Below are positions 26,046-39,530 of a stretch of DNA of 64,000 nucleotides, one piece after another; position 1 is the first letter of the stretch; every line of letters begins with the position of its first letter. Origin of the DNA: Malacoraja senta (lineage: Eukaryota); the NCBI GenBank assembly GCA_038087875.1, contig CM075994.1, positions 10,170,001 through 10,234,000 of the forward strand. The letters run 5' to 3'. The notes beneath the pieces are model-generated. The model did not search any database. It saw only the letters and a list, made by a program, of their open reading frames with translations, and was not told the DNA's origin. The translations under genes were made by a program, and so were the position numbers.

Positions 26046-28191
26046 GTACTATAAATGCAGTCAGTCCAGTTGTTCAGTTTAGTTTATTGTCACGTGTACC
26101 GAGCTACAGTGAAAAGCTCTTGTTGCGTTTCCAGTTCGCAGAAAATCAAGCCATTTCCAGTGTATAGATACATGATAAGGGAAGAATGATTAGTGCAAAG
26201 TAAAGCAAGCAAAGTCCGACCAAGTACAGTCCGAGGGTCAGCAAAGAGGTAGATAGTAGTTCAGCACTGCTCATCAACGGCCATTCGGCCCTTCGAGCGA
26301 GCACCGCCATTTAATATGATCATGGCTAATCATCGAAAATCAGTACCCTGTTCCTGCTTTCTCACCATATCCCTTGATTCCGTTAACGCTAAGAGCTATA
26401 TCTAACTCTCTCTTCAATACACCCAGTGAATTACCCTCTACTGCCTTCTGTGGGTGAAAACCTTCTCCCTCAACTCAGTCCTATATGACCCCCCCCCCTT
26501 ATACGTAAACTGTGACCCCTGGTTCTGGTTCATCGGGAATTTTTTCCTGCATCTAACCTGTCCAACCCGATACAATAAATATATGTTTCTAGAAAATTCC
26601 CTCTCATCCTTCTGAATTCCAGTGAATACTAGCCCAGTCGATCCATTCTCGATAACACGTTCACTAACACTATCCTACATACAAGGGCCAATTGTCTTAA
26701 CCAATGTTAGTCTCGTCTCAAACTGATTAACCATTAGAACTGAGATGAGGACAAACATTTTCACCCAGAGAGTTGAGTGAATTTGTGGAATTCTCTTCCT
26801 CAGAAGGCAATGGAGGGCGATTCACTGGATAGAGCCCTTAGGGCTCGAGGAATCAAGGGGTATGGAGAGAAGGCAGGGACGTGGTGCTGTTTGTGGTAGA
26901 TCAGCCATGATCACATTGAATGGCAGTGCTGTCTCCAGGGCCCGAATGGCCTAATCCTGCATCTATTTTCTATATGTCTATGTACCCATGCCACCGACAC
27001 ACACATTCCAAATCGTTTACATTAAAAAAGGTCAACAATTGAGCCAGCACCGAGCCCTGCGGCAAACCATCTGCCGACTGTCTCCATTCTGAGGAGCAAA
27101 CCTCTACCATCGCCCTCGGAATCCGACCTTCAGACGAATTATGTATCCCATTGGCTTGTTGAAGCTGGAAAACGCACACCTCCAGATTCAGGGACTGTTT
27201 CTTCCCAGCTGTCATCAGGCAACTGAATCATCCTACCACAACCAGAGAGAAGTGCTGAACTACTATCTCCCTCATTGGTAGATCTGCCACACAACAGTCT
27301 GTCTGCCTGTTCTTCTTTTTTTGTTTATTTTCAGTGGGTTTTAAAAGTATGGGTTAATCTTTTCTGGTGCGTTTTATGTGGGGGATGGGGGGGGGGGGTC
27401 GGACGAATTTTTTTTCAATCTCTTACCTTACCGGAGATGCGATTGCTTTCAGGATCATATCTCCGGTCCCTCTGCGCCGTAACATCATGGAGTTGGCGGC
27501 CATGATTATGATTATGATTATGATACACAGTAATGGCTCGATTGTAATCATGCATTGTCTTTCCGCTGACTGGAGTGCACGCAACTAAAGCTTTTCACTG
27601 TACCAGATTTTAAAACAAAGCTCTAAAGTCCATACAGTTTGGGGTTTATTTCAGTTAAACACTGAACGCACCAAGGCACGAAATTTGAATAAACAAAACT
27701 CTTCTATTAGGTTTCTTGTGAATTTTACTTGTCGTGCGAATTATCCAAATACAACAAATGGGGATTAAATGTATCTATTGCATCAATCTATTACTGTATC
27801 AATTCGTCCTGTTTAGGGGGTCTTTACCCTCAAAGAAAATCCGCTCATAACTTCCACAAATGCTTCTTGACCAATTTAATTCTACTAGAAGTTTACTTGT
27901 CGCTCCCTGCATTGAGGGTCTCTCCACTATTCCACCTCATGCATGTGCCGCATCTGCAGACTCTTGTGTCCCAGTGATTCTGGACATCAACAACGATGAA
28001 CCAAGCACTAAAAAAGATTAGATTAAACCAATCGCATGCTTGTAGAACTTCAAAATAGCAGAATATGGTTTACAAATATGCAGCACGTCAAGAAGGTTCG
28101 TACAAATTTCATACACGCAACCTCATGCATGTCAGGAAGTCCAGTTCACTGCAGTGCCGCTTTGAACTGATGCCGAGCTGCCTAAATGTTT

Positions 28192-28357
28192 AAGAAAGAA
28201 CTGCAGATGCTGGAAAAATCAAAGGTAGATAAAAATGCTGGGAGATATTCAGCGGGTGAGCAGCATCTATGGAGCGAAGGAATAGGTGACGTTTCCGGTC
28301 GAGACCCTTCTTCAGGCTGCCTCAACCGCTGAGTTTCTCCAGCATTTGTGTCCACCT
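28192..28357. mobile_element. Fold-back Penelope-type short element with 19-bp TSD
   Basis: CCGAGCTG(C/T)CTAAATGTTT at 28173-28191 and 28358-28376; hammerhead-like core 28288-28315 (-); single empty site near 39297; filled paralogue ~61217-61385. Confidence 0.75.
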
Positions 28358-30407
28358 CCGAGCTGTCTAAATGTTTGCGCGGCGCAGGGTCCCCACCTGC
28401 TGGTAAAAACCGATTGTGCGGAATAGGCCGATATATTAAACCCATTGCCCATGGGGATGGTGAATCTGGGGCAGAGAGAATGAACAGATTCCGATGCTGG
28501 ACGCCGGCATCGACGTGGGAGCAGCGGCGGTGACTTAGACACAATCCCGCATGACATGAGAAACGAGCAGGAGAGACCTCAAGAGCTACCTGGTTGTCTA
28601 ACTTGTGTAATACGTTGTGCTATTATTTGGATTGATTTTCATCAACTGAACGAGTTAAATACAATACTGTTCTTAATAAACAAAACTTAACCTTCTTATT
28701 AAGGAATTAATGTAAGTAGGTGATCAATTTCTCAGGGTATAGATGTCGCTGCGAGACCAGCATTTACTGCACATCACTAGTTGCCCTCTGAGTAGATCGC
28801 TCGGCCAATTCCAAGGACATTTGATCTTCAACCACTTTGAACGAGTTGGAACGTAAACAAAATAAGAGTGTTGTGGTGATTGTATTTCAGACAGTTTATT
28901 TCTTTCTAGCATTTGAGGTGATTAACTGTATTTAATGTGGGGGGAAATACTTAAAATTGCGTACCTGGATTGTGTCACTGATTACAATCAAGTCAACTCC
29001 AGTTCAATAGATAGGGGAAAGGGACAGTTACAATGTGCAGCATATAGTTCTCAGCATTGCAGCGTCACAACCCGCTAACATTTATACAATGTCCTCGCAT
29101 CTCTTTCGGAGACCACAGAAGTGCTTTAACTGCGTAAATCACATTGAAGTGCAGCCAGTAATGGCAAACGGAATCCAGAAGCTCATCAATGAAGGCCCAG
29201 AGTACAACATCAGGACATAGTCACAAAATGCTGGAGTAACTCAGCGGGACAGGCAGCATCTCTGGACAGAAGGAGTGAGTGACGTTTCCGGGTCCAGACC
29301 CTTCTTCTGACTGAGAGTCAGGGGAAAGGGAAGCGAGAGATATAGACGGTGATATAATGGGATGTAGACCAAATGAGTGAAAGAGTCCGAAGAAGGATCT
29401 CGACCCGAAACGTAAGCCATTCCATCTCTCCAGAGATGCTGGCCTGTCCCGCTGAGTTACTCCAGCATTTTGTGACTGTCTTCGATTTAAACCAGCATCT
29501 GCAGTTCCTTCCTACATCATCAGGAGTTTGTTGAATCAATATAAAACACAGGTTTGGACCCACCTGGTGCTTCAAGCCTATTTCTGGTCACCAAACTTAA
29601 ATGAATGAAGCGATGATCATCGGGAGGGCGCAGGAGATATTCACTGGAATGATTTCAAGGATGAGGAGAATCGGGCCGAGGTTGAGGCCGGAGAAGCGGG
29701 TGCAGGTTCTCTGTGGAGAAGGAAATTTGAAAGCTTTCACACAGGGTTCAAGCTCGGGTCCGGTGTGAAAATGGGGGGGGGGGGGGGGTCTTTCCCATCT
29801 GTGCGAGGTTCAAATGGGCCAAGATTTGAGAGAGAGAAACAACAAGGGGAATATGCCTCGCAGTGTAGGAAGAATTGCAGATGCTGGTTTAAACTGAAGA
29901 TAGACACAAAATGGTGGAGTATCTCAGCGGGACAGGCAGCATCTCTGGAGAGAAGGAATGGGTGACGTTTCGGGTAGAGATGGTCTCCAGCAATTTGTGC
30001 TTATCTAAGGGGAATAAGGCTTGTCAGTTTAGTTTATTGTCGCGTGTTTCGAGGTACAATTAAATACTTTTGTTCCGTGCTATCCAGTCAGCAGAAAGAC
30101 AATACATGATTACAATCGAGCCACTGGGCAGTGGGCACATACTCGATGATGGAATAACGTTTAGTGCAAGGTTAAACCAGCAAAGTCCGATCATAGTTAA
30201 AGTGAGAAATGTTGAGGAGGGAGTAGAGATTTAAGAGTGTGGGGCGATTATAATATGTGATTGTAGATCTGCATCGCACACAAATAGACGCCTTGGTTGG
30301 GCGCCATCTCGGAAGCATTAGCTGCAAGAATGACCTGCAGAGGCGGAGGAAATGCTGCCAATTGGGCTTTCGAATCTGATTGTACCGTGTTCCACTCTCA
30401 CTGATTC

Positions 30408-30843
30408 CACGGTGGCGCAGCGGTAGAGTTGCTGCCTTGCAGCGCTTGCAGCGCCAGAGACCCGGGTTCAATCCCGACTACGGGTGCTGTCTGTACGTTC
30501 TCCCCGCGTGGGTTTTCTCCGAGAACTTCGCTTTCCTCCCACACATCTAAAGATGCACAGGTATGTAGTTTAATTGGCTTGGTGTATGTGTACAATTGTC
30601 CCTAGTGTGTGTAGGACAGTGTTAATATTCAGCCTGACGAAAGGTCTCGACCCGAAACGTCACATATTCCATCGCTCCATAGATGCTGCCTCATCCGCTG
30701 AGTGTCTCCAGCATTTTTGTCTCCCGTTAATATGCGGGGATCGCTGATCGCACCGACCAGCGATCCGGACTCGGTGGGCCGAAGTGCCTGTTTTCGCGGT
30801 GTATCTCTAAAGTAAACTAAATTAAACTAAACTAAACTAAACT
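30408..30843 (+). mobile_element. V-SINE (HE1-like) with embedded Penelope-type fragment
   Basis: Paralogue of 270-1724 without the CR1; hammerhead-like core at 30634-30661. Confidence 0.78.
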
Positions 30844-32824
30844 GATCAGCAGACAAATTGAATCTTTGAAAACTGCAATAAATGTTAGAGGGTCATATAA
30901 TATCCTTTAAACAATACAGGCATAGATTGCCCCGAAGACTGCTGCATGAGAGACAGGTGCACTGTTGTGGAATATAATAAGGGCGGAGGCAGGTCTCCGG
31001 CCATCCTGATCCCGGGATGTAAACGGAGATGCGGGCGTCGGGTTCCACTGCCCAACAGGTGCACCGCCTCCTCAGGTTACACCCGAGGCTTCCTTTGCGC
31101 CGGGACCAGTCCATTTCTGTCCTGCCTTAGTCGTTCCCATGTCTATATTCAGGCCAGTTTAATGTCCAATCTACCCCTTCCTTGCGTGAGATGAGTTGGA
31201 AGCGGCCAGGACATCTTCTCACTGAACACTTGCAGCCAAATAGCATTCATTGCCCGGGACGGCAGCGGGCGCAGTGACACGGTACTGTAGGGGTTGAGTT
31301 TAATTTAGTTTAGAGATACAGCGCGCAAACAGGCCCTTCGAGTCGAGACTGTCTGAAGTAGGGTCTCGACCCGAAACGTTACCCATTCCTCCTCTCCAGA
31401 GATGCAACCTGTCCCGCTGCATTACTCCAGCATTTAGTGTCTGTCGAATGGGAATAAGGCTTTCCAGTTTAGTTTATTGTCACGTGTATCGACGTACAGT
31501 GAAATCCAGTCTGCAGAAAAATATATGATTACAATCGAGCCGCTTGCAGTGTACAGATACTCGATGATGGAATAACGTTTTGTGCAAGGTTAAACCAGCA
31601 AAGTCCGATCATAGTTAAAGTGAGAAAGGTTGAGGTGGGAGTAGAGATTTAAGAGTGTGGGGCGATTGTGATATGTGATTGTAGATCTGCATCGCACGCA
31701 AATAGACGCCTTGGTTGGGCGCCATCTCGGAAGCATTAGCGGCAAGAATGACCTGCAGGGGCGGAGGAAATGCTGCCAATTGGGCTTGCAGCGCCAGAGA
31801 CCCGGGTTCGATCCCGACTACGGGTGCTACATTCTCCCCGCGTGGGTTTTCTCCGAGATCTTCGGTTTCCTCCCACATCTAAAGATGTACAGGTATGTAG
31901 TTTAATTGGCTTGGTAAATGTGTAAAATTGTCCCTGGTGTGTGCCGGATAGTGTTAATATGCGGGGATCGCTGTTCGGTGCGGACTTGGTGGGCCGAAGG
32001 ACCTGTTTTCGCGGTGTATCTCTAAACTAAACTAAACTGATCAGCAGACAAATTGAAACTTTGCAAACTGCAATGAATGTTAGACGGCCATATAATATAC
32101 GCAAAAATAGATTGCCCCGAAGACTGCTGCATGAGAGACAGGTGCACTGCTGAGGATTAAAATAAGGGCGGAGGGAGGTCTCCGTACATCCTGATCCCGG
32201 GCTGTGAACGGAGATGCGGGCGGCGGGTTCCACTGCCCAACAGGTGCAACGTCTCCTCAGGTTACACCCGAGACTTCCTTCGCGCCGGGCCCGGTTCCTT
32301 TCTGTCCTGCCTTAGTCTTTCTCGTCCATATTCAGGCCAGTTTAATGTCCAATCTACCCCTCCCCCGTGTGAGATGCGTTGGAAGCGGCCAGGACATCTT
32401 CACACTGAACACTTGCAGCCAAATAGCATTCATTGCCCGGGACGGCAGCGACGCGGTACAGAAGTGGTTGAGTTTAATTTAGTTGAGAGATACAGGACCA
32501 GCGATCCCCGGACATTAACACTATCCTACACCCACTAGCGACATTTTAAACATTTACCAAGCCTTTTTTTTAAACATTTACCAAAAATGGGAGTGTGGGG
32601 GGAACCGAAGATCTCGGAGAAAACCCACGCAGATCACGGCGAGAACCTACAAACTCCGTACAGACGGCACCCGTACTCAGCATCGAACCAGGGTCTTTGG
32701 GACTGCATTCGCTGCAAGGCAGCAACACTACCGCTGCGCCACCGTGACGGTCACGTGATCATGACCATATTCAGCAGCTTCACGTCAGTGAATACATTTT
32801 GAAACAGTAAGTGGGGAATTTAAA

Positions 32825-33235
32825 ATGGCTGCGAAAGACCAGGTCGAGAGTTGGACCGAGGAGGCAGTTTGTCCCATCTGCCTGGATTTCTTCACCGATG
32901 CGGTTATACTGGAGTGTGGGCACAACTTCTGCCGCTCCTGCATCACACAGAGTTGGGACAGGGAGGCGAGAAACTCCTGCCCGGAATGTAGAGAGGAGTT
33001 TGTAGACCGCAGCCTCAGGGTGAATCGGGCCTTGGTTAGACTGGCTGAGAAAGCTCGAACACTGACCCTGAATCTCAAAGAGAAGGAAAGTAAACTTCAC
33101 TGCGAGAAACATCAGGAAGAACTGAAGCTGTTTTGTGAAACGGATAAGAAGCTGATCTGTGTGATTTGTGCAGCTGGGCGGGAACACAAGACTCACAGCT
33201 TCATGCTGATAGAAGAAGCAATTGAATTCTACAAG
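32825..33235 (+). CDS. Copy 3 exon 1: RING + B-box2
   Basis: 411 nt, all zinc ligands present, AAG|GTAAAA donor. Confidence 0.93.
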
Positions 33236-36200
33236 GTAAAACCAAATCACTTTAGATCATTGTGTAATCTTTTCTTTATTTTCTGATATTTTCATTCTCT
33301 GATCTGAAACCCAACCCCAGGAACAGGTGAAATCTTCTTTCGAAACTCTCACAGAAAAGAAATCAGAGATGCAGGAAATGGAAGAGAAACAGAAAGAGAG
33401 CATTTCGGGAGTACAGGTGAGGCTTTGTACTATCGATGTAATTATTTTGTATAGATTTGATCCCGATGATGTGTGTAATAAGTGGGCACCTCTATAGAGC
33501 TCAGTCGTCGAGGACAAGAGATCTTGGGAGCGGTTGAGCAGCCAAGGACTTTACTCACTGGAGCGCAGGAGTCTGAAGAATGATCTATTGCAGGTGTATA
33601 ATACCATGAAAAAAATGTTAGAGTGAATACTCAGTCTTTTAGGTTTAAGGTAAGAGGGTGCAGATTTAACACAAACATTAAGGGCTACTTTGGTAGCGGG
33701 TATATGGAATGAGCTGCCAGGGGGAGGTAGTTGATTCAGATACCATAACAATATTTAAAAGATATTTAAACAAATTCGTGCAGAGAAATTTTTAGAACCA
33801 GGTGGGCCAAATGCGGACAGGTGGAAATAGCGCAGATGGGACGTCTTGGTCGGTATCTAACACCCCTTGCTGTATGACTCTATGAAGTCTGTCATTCTAA
33901 GTGGTGCTGCTGTCTGCTAGTTCTGGTGACCTGGTTCTGTCCAGTGAGGGTTAATGGACACATGAAATGGAATAGGCTGCAGGCAAATGTACTGGGGAAA
34001 TGGGAATTATATCATTGTACGATATTTTCACAAAATATTTAAGAATTATCAAGACGGCTCGAATTGCCACGGTAATGAAATCTTCAGATTAAATACATGT
34101 AAATGTGATTAGTGTAGATAGCATGAACATGTGGGGCCGAAAGGCATATTTCTGCACTCCAGAACTCGACATTAATTAGCAAAATGTCACCTTCCGTGTC
34201 ATGAGGAAACACAGCAGAGTGACACAATATATTGATTCTCATCTTTCATCTGACAGGAAGCGTCACGCAACCTTCAGTCACAGACCACATCCCAGTTTGC
34301 TGAACTGCACCAGATTCTCACTGTGAAAGAGCAGCGCATACTCGGAGATATCCGGGAGGATGAGGCGAAGATTGTAAAAACAATGGAGAAAAATCTTCAA
34401 GAGATACAAAATAATTTAAATTCAATTCAGAAAGAACTCTCAAAGTTACAGGAACAGATAGACCACAAGGATGGCGTGATATTTCTGAAGGTGAGGGGTT
34501 ACACTACAGTTTGGCGAAGTGAAAGTGCACAGTCACAAAATGGTGGGTTACATTTCAGAAATAAATGCTGCATTTACCAGTAATTCAGTACTGGGTCAAT
34601 GTACCGTCTGTTCCATTACGCACCACATCTCCCTATAATGCCCCAAATTCCAGGAATCCTCATGTATTTATCCCATTTCAACTTCACTTTATCTGCAATA
34701 TTGTCTTCAGGCCACCCTGTGAGTTCCACGTTCTGTTTACTGCATTTCTTGTGAAAGTTATTAAAGGCCATCTTATATTTCAGCTTTGCTTTTTTGTCTG
34801 CCCACACGTAGTGATAATATTTCTAACCCCCACCCATTTAAATCCGCCGCTGATCTTAAAATATTCCATCCCATTATCTCTGTCATCTTCTCCAGATAAA
34901 ATCCCACGACCTGCCCGGTCTTACTCTTAAGTTGCATACTCGCAGTTATTTTCATCGACATTCCTAATGCTTTCCCCTGTGTTCGATGTCTCTACGACAA
35001 TATCCACTTTCTATCTGTGTGACAGCGGCAAAGAGTTGGGAAATGGGAATTATCAGAGTGTTTTTTTGTAGCAATTTGGTGAAATACCCGCTGTCGGGAT
35101 CATGACGATCCATCTCAGTCTATTGAGATTTGTGTTTTACTTATTTCAGGAGGAAGCTGGTCGCAAGAGGAGGTAGGACATGCTTTTGACTGAACCAATG
35201 TATGTTTTTATAGTACAGCTAAAAAAAACAGCTAATGCTTAGTTTCTAACCAACTGTTAAATATTTGCAGGGTGAGTGATGAAACCAAACCAATGTTGGT
35301 TGTAGATAGCGCGCTGCCCATTGAAAAGTATGATCAGAATTTTTTCTACAACGTGGCATTGAGAGAAACATCTGATATCATCAACCGAGGTAAAACTAAT
35401 ACCCTTTCCATTGTTCTTTTATAAGACATTTTTATGCAATACTTATATGTGAAGATTAATGGACTCTGGGGAAAGTATCACAGAGACAGAGAGCGAAGTT
35501 TGTTTGCAGTTGAACAAATCCTTGCTCCTGGGAGAATGGGTTTGCTGTGCTGGGTGAAATTGCGTTGACTAGGCCCGTGTAGTCGAGAGTTCAGGTGTAT
35601 TAGAGGAATCTCAGTGAAACACAATGTCCTTACAGGGCTCAGTGGGCTGGATGCAGGGAGGATGTTTCCCCTGTCTGAGGGGTCCGGAGTCAGCGGAAAC
35701 CCTCTCAGTATGTGGGCTGGACCATTTAGGACAGAGACAAGGAGACATTACTGCACGCAGAGACTGGGCAACAATTTGGAATGCCCTGCACTGGTAGTTG
35801 TGAAGATTCAGTCATTCAGTGCTCTTGGTGCCAGAGAGCCATGGTTGTACCTTACAGAGTCAGGCCCTTCGGCCCAACGTATACATGTCCACCTTTTTTT
35901 CCCAGCTATACTAATCCATTTGCCCACATTAGGACCTTGTTATTCTACACGTCATTTGTTAAATCGTAATGCCTCTTAAATGTAGTGATTACACCTTATT
36001 CCACTACCTCCTCTGGCAAAAATTCCAGATATCAATAACTCTCGGGGTGAAGTAAACTTGTCACTAAGACCCACTTTAAAACTCCAACCTCTTGTGTTAA
36101 ACCCGCGCCCTCCAGTTTTGATATCCCTGTATGATCATACGGTTTGGATGAACTAGCCTCTATCTTGTTGCAAACTTTGAGACTTCCTTGCTATCCACAG

Positions 36201-37531
36201 TATTACCTGTTCGCCACAAACTTAGTAGTCACACCTCCTACATTCACATCCAAGCCATGAAAATAGAAAATAAACAGCAAAGGTTGCAGCACCGATCTCT
36301 GCTGCACACCACCAGTCACAGACCTCCAGGCAGGAAAATCATCCCTCTACCGGTACCTTCCACCTCCAAGCCCCAGGGCAATGTTGGATCTATTTACCCA
36401 GCTCGCTTGGATCCCACTTCCCTTTGGACCAGCCCTACATGCGGAGTATTGTCAACTCCCTCAGTGAAGTTAATTTATTGTTTCACAATAAGATCAGAGT
36501 GTTCTTGGGTGTGCAGACGCAGCAAACCTGCCCTCTAATATAGAAAGCAATTAAACAGTAGCAGATTGCCTCCACGTCCAGTCCACTCCCGTTCAGTATG
36601 ATCACGGCAACTTCACCCCACATCTCTACCTCCTCTTTAACCATCTCTAATTACCACTCACGTCCGTCTCCTCATCTTCCAATTTACCTCACACTTGCCA
36701 TGAACTGGCAAGATATTTGAATACCCGACTTATTTCTCCATCCCCACCCGCGATCTTTCGTTCATCCTCACTTTCCGCATTCGTTTTGCCCGTCCGCACG
36801 CCTCGCCCCCTCCCGTTCCCGATAACCCGCGGAATTCCCCCTCTCCTGCTCGGTTGAGAAGCTCCGGGAAAGATATCTGTTGTCAATCCGATGTTGTTGG
36901 GGTGAAACCCTGGTCAAGGTGTCAGTTGTCCGCCCGCCTGTGCCCGAGTCTCCCACCGACCCCCGGGGACTGACTCTCTGATTCTCTGCTTCTCCCCCCA
37001 GTCTCCGTCACCCTGGATGTGGAAACAGCGCATGCGCGGCTCGAGGTGTCTGAGGATCGGAAGAGGGTGAGAAATACCGGGACCGAGAGGAGTCTCCCTG
37101 ACACCGGGAAGAGGTTTACACACTGGGAGTGTGTGCTGGGATCGGTGGGATTCACATCGGGGAGACATTACTGGGAGGTGGAGGTGGCGAGGAGTCGGGA
37201 CTGGAGTCTGGGAGTCGCCGCAGAGTCTGTGGATAGGAAAGGAGAGGACGACCTGACCCCGGAGACTGGAGTCTGGAGCATCTGGCGGCAGGGTAACGGG
37301 TTTGAAGCATTCACCTCCCCTCCATTCCCTCTCCCCGCCCGTCCCATCCCCAGGAGGGTGGGAGTTTATCTCAGTTACGAGTCCGGGACAGTTTCATTTT
37401 ATGACGCGGACACCAAGTCCCATCTCCACACCTTCACTGGGAATAAATTCACGGAGAAACTTTATCCTTACTTCGAGACTTATGAAGACCAGTGGCTGAG
37501 AATCTGCTCCGGTTCCGCTCCGGGTGTGTAA
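32825..37531 (+). CDS. TRIM E3 ligase copy 3 (RING-Bbox-CC-B30.2), intact, 470 aa
   Basis: GT-AG exons 32825-33235, 33321-33416, 34257-34490, 35150-35172, 35271-35389, 37002-37531 sum to 1413 nt, open frame, same domains as copy 1. Confidence 0.92.
37002..37531 (+). CDS. Copy 3 terminal exon: B30.2/PRY-SPRY
   Basis: AG acceptor at 37000-37001, open to TAA at 37529-37531. Confidence 0.93.
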
Positions 37532-39530
37532 AAGGGTCGGGTCCCGGGACCGGCGTCAGGAGCGGGGCTCAGGGGCTGTGGGGCAGAAACCCGGTGGACA
37601 ACAGGTCGGCGCTGAACGGCTCCCATTTAATCCCCAAATGTGGGAAGAGTGAAATAAACAGCAACTGAAATCAGAGCTGTCTGTCGATCCGTTCATTTTA
37701 ACGCGTTAACCGCGTCCGGCAAAGGAACAGAAATTAATGTTGTGAAAATATAAAGATTGAACAATCGCCCTTCCGCGGGTTCAGCAGCGGCCGCGGGCGG
37801 CGGGTCCTGAGCTCCGGCTCCCCCGGGTCCTAAAGTCCGCCATCTAATTTAGACTATCTAATGGAATATTCCCTCCAAGATCGAGTGCGTACAGCAACAA
37901 CCCACAATGTCCTCGCATCTCGTTTAGCAGACCCCAAAGTGCTTTTCAGGCGTAAATCGATTAAAGTGCAGTCATGAATGGCAACTGAAATGCAGGAATG
38001 AATTTGCAGGCAGAAACATTCACAGAGTTTAAAAGCAAGTTATACTGTCCAAATATATTTAGTTTTTATTTCAGTTGCAGCATTAGAAGCACCGAGCACA
38101 TAATTCGGAAAATAAATCTTTCTATTCGGTTCTTGTGAATGTGACCGGTCGTGGGATTTGTCCAAATTCAACCAGAGGGTATTACATTTATCTATTGCAT
38201 TAATCTATTAATATATAATATCGTAAACGGTTTTAATTTCAGTGATCCAATCCCTTTTACATTTTTTTCACTCTGATTATGTGCTCTGTGACCTTCATTT
38301 ACGCAATCTACAGGTGAAACTTTAATCACCACCCTCAGCCCAGGAGAGGGAAAGGGTCATGAGTTTTTAATTGTCATACGTACCGTGACGGAGTAATTAA
38401 ATTATTTCTTGCCTTAACCTGAGCTTCCATCTATATCACTCCTCATGAGTTTCCCTCCCTAAACTGTGGGGCACACAACTTCTCTTCCTGACTCCAATGT
38501 TAGTAAATATTCCTTGCTCCTCACTCAAGGAATGTTGCCATTCCATCCCCATGTCCTTAATCTTCCAGACTTGTAATCACCATTCCCAACTCCTAACTAC
38601 GTGGTTGCAAAGTCTCTGACTCAGACGTTTTTGCCTGAGCCCAGACCTATGTTGTTGTGGGTGGACAAAGCTGAGATAGTCAAGTGGGCTTGGGATGGGT
38701 TCGCAGTTTATCGGGCAGGATCTGGGGAGAGAGAACCTGAATTGGCATTCCGAGTCTCTAGTCGAATTTGCCCTGACCCTGTCACTCCCGCTGCACATTA
38801 AAACATTTTCTGGTTATTGATGTTGTTGAAGTCCTGGAATTCACGGAGACACGAAAGTCTGCAGATGCTGCAATGTGCAAACCTGCATCAAGTCGTCCTG
38901 ATTCTGGGTCACGGCCCTTGACACTTATTCCCCATAAATGGTTCTTTATCCTTTTAATTCTACCAGATGCTTATTTCTCGCTGCTGCATTGAGGGCTCTC
39001 CACTATTCCACCTCAATGCAGGTCAGGAAATGTTCTTTGCATTGCCGCAAGTAGACAAAAAATGCTGGAGAAGTTCGGCGGGTGAGGCAGATCTTACCGA
39101 GAGAAGGAATAGGTAACGTTTCGGGTCGAGACCCCTTCTTCAGGCGACGTTTAAGGCCGAGACCCTTCTTCAGGGGACACCCGCTAATGCCTCACCCGCT
39201 GAGTTCCTCCAGCGTTTTTGTCTACTTTCGATTTTCCAGCATCTGCAGTTGCTTCTTGGACATGGCATTACCGCCTTCAGCCACCAGATGGTGATGCAGA
39301 GCTGTCCAAATGTTTGTGCAAATTTCGCCACTGCAGGATCCCCACCTGCTGCTGGGAACCCGGTACTGCAGGATCGGCTTGGGGACTAAGTGGAATATTT
39401 TGTAACTCTTTGTATACATCACCGAGGATGCGGCCCCAGCGCATCTAGAAGATGTATATTTTTCACTCTGATGTCTGGCTCAGCCAGTGGCACCTAGGAA
39501 TAGACTGGGTGACAAACAAGAATAGTTTGG

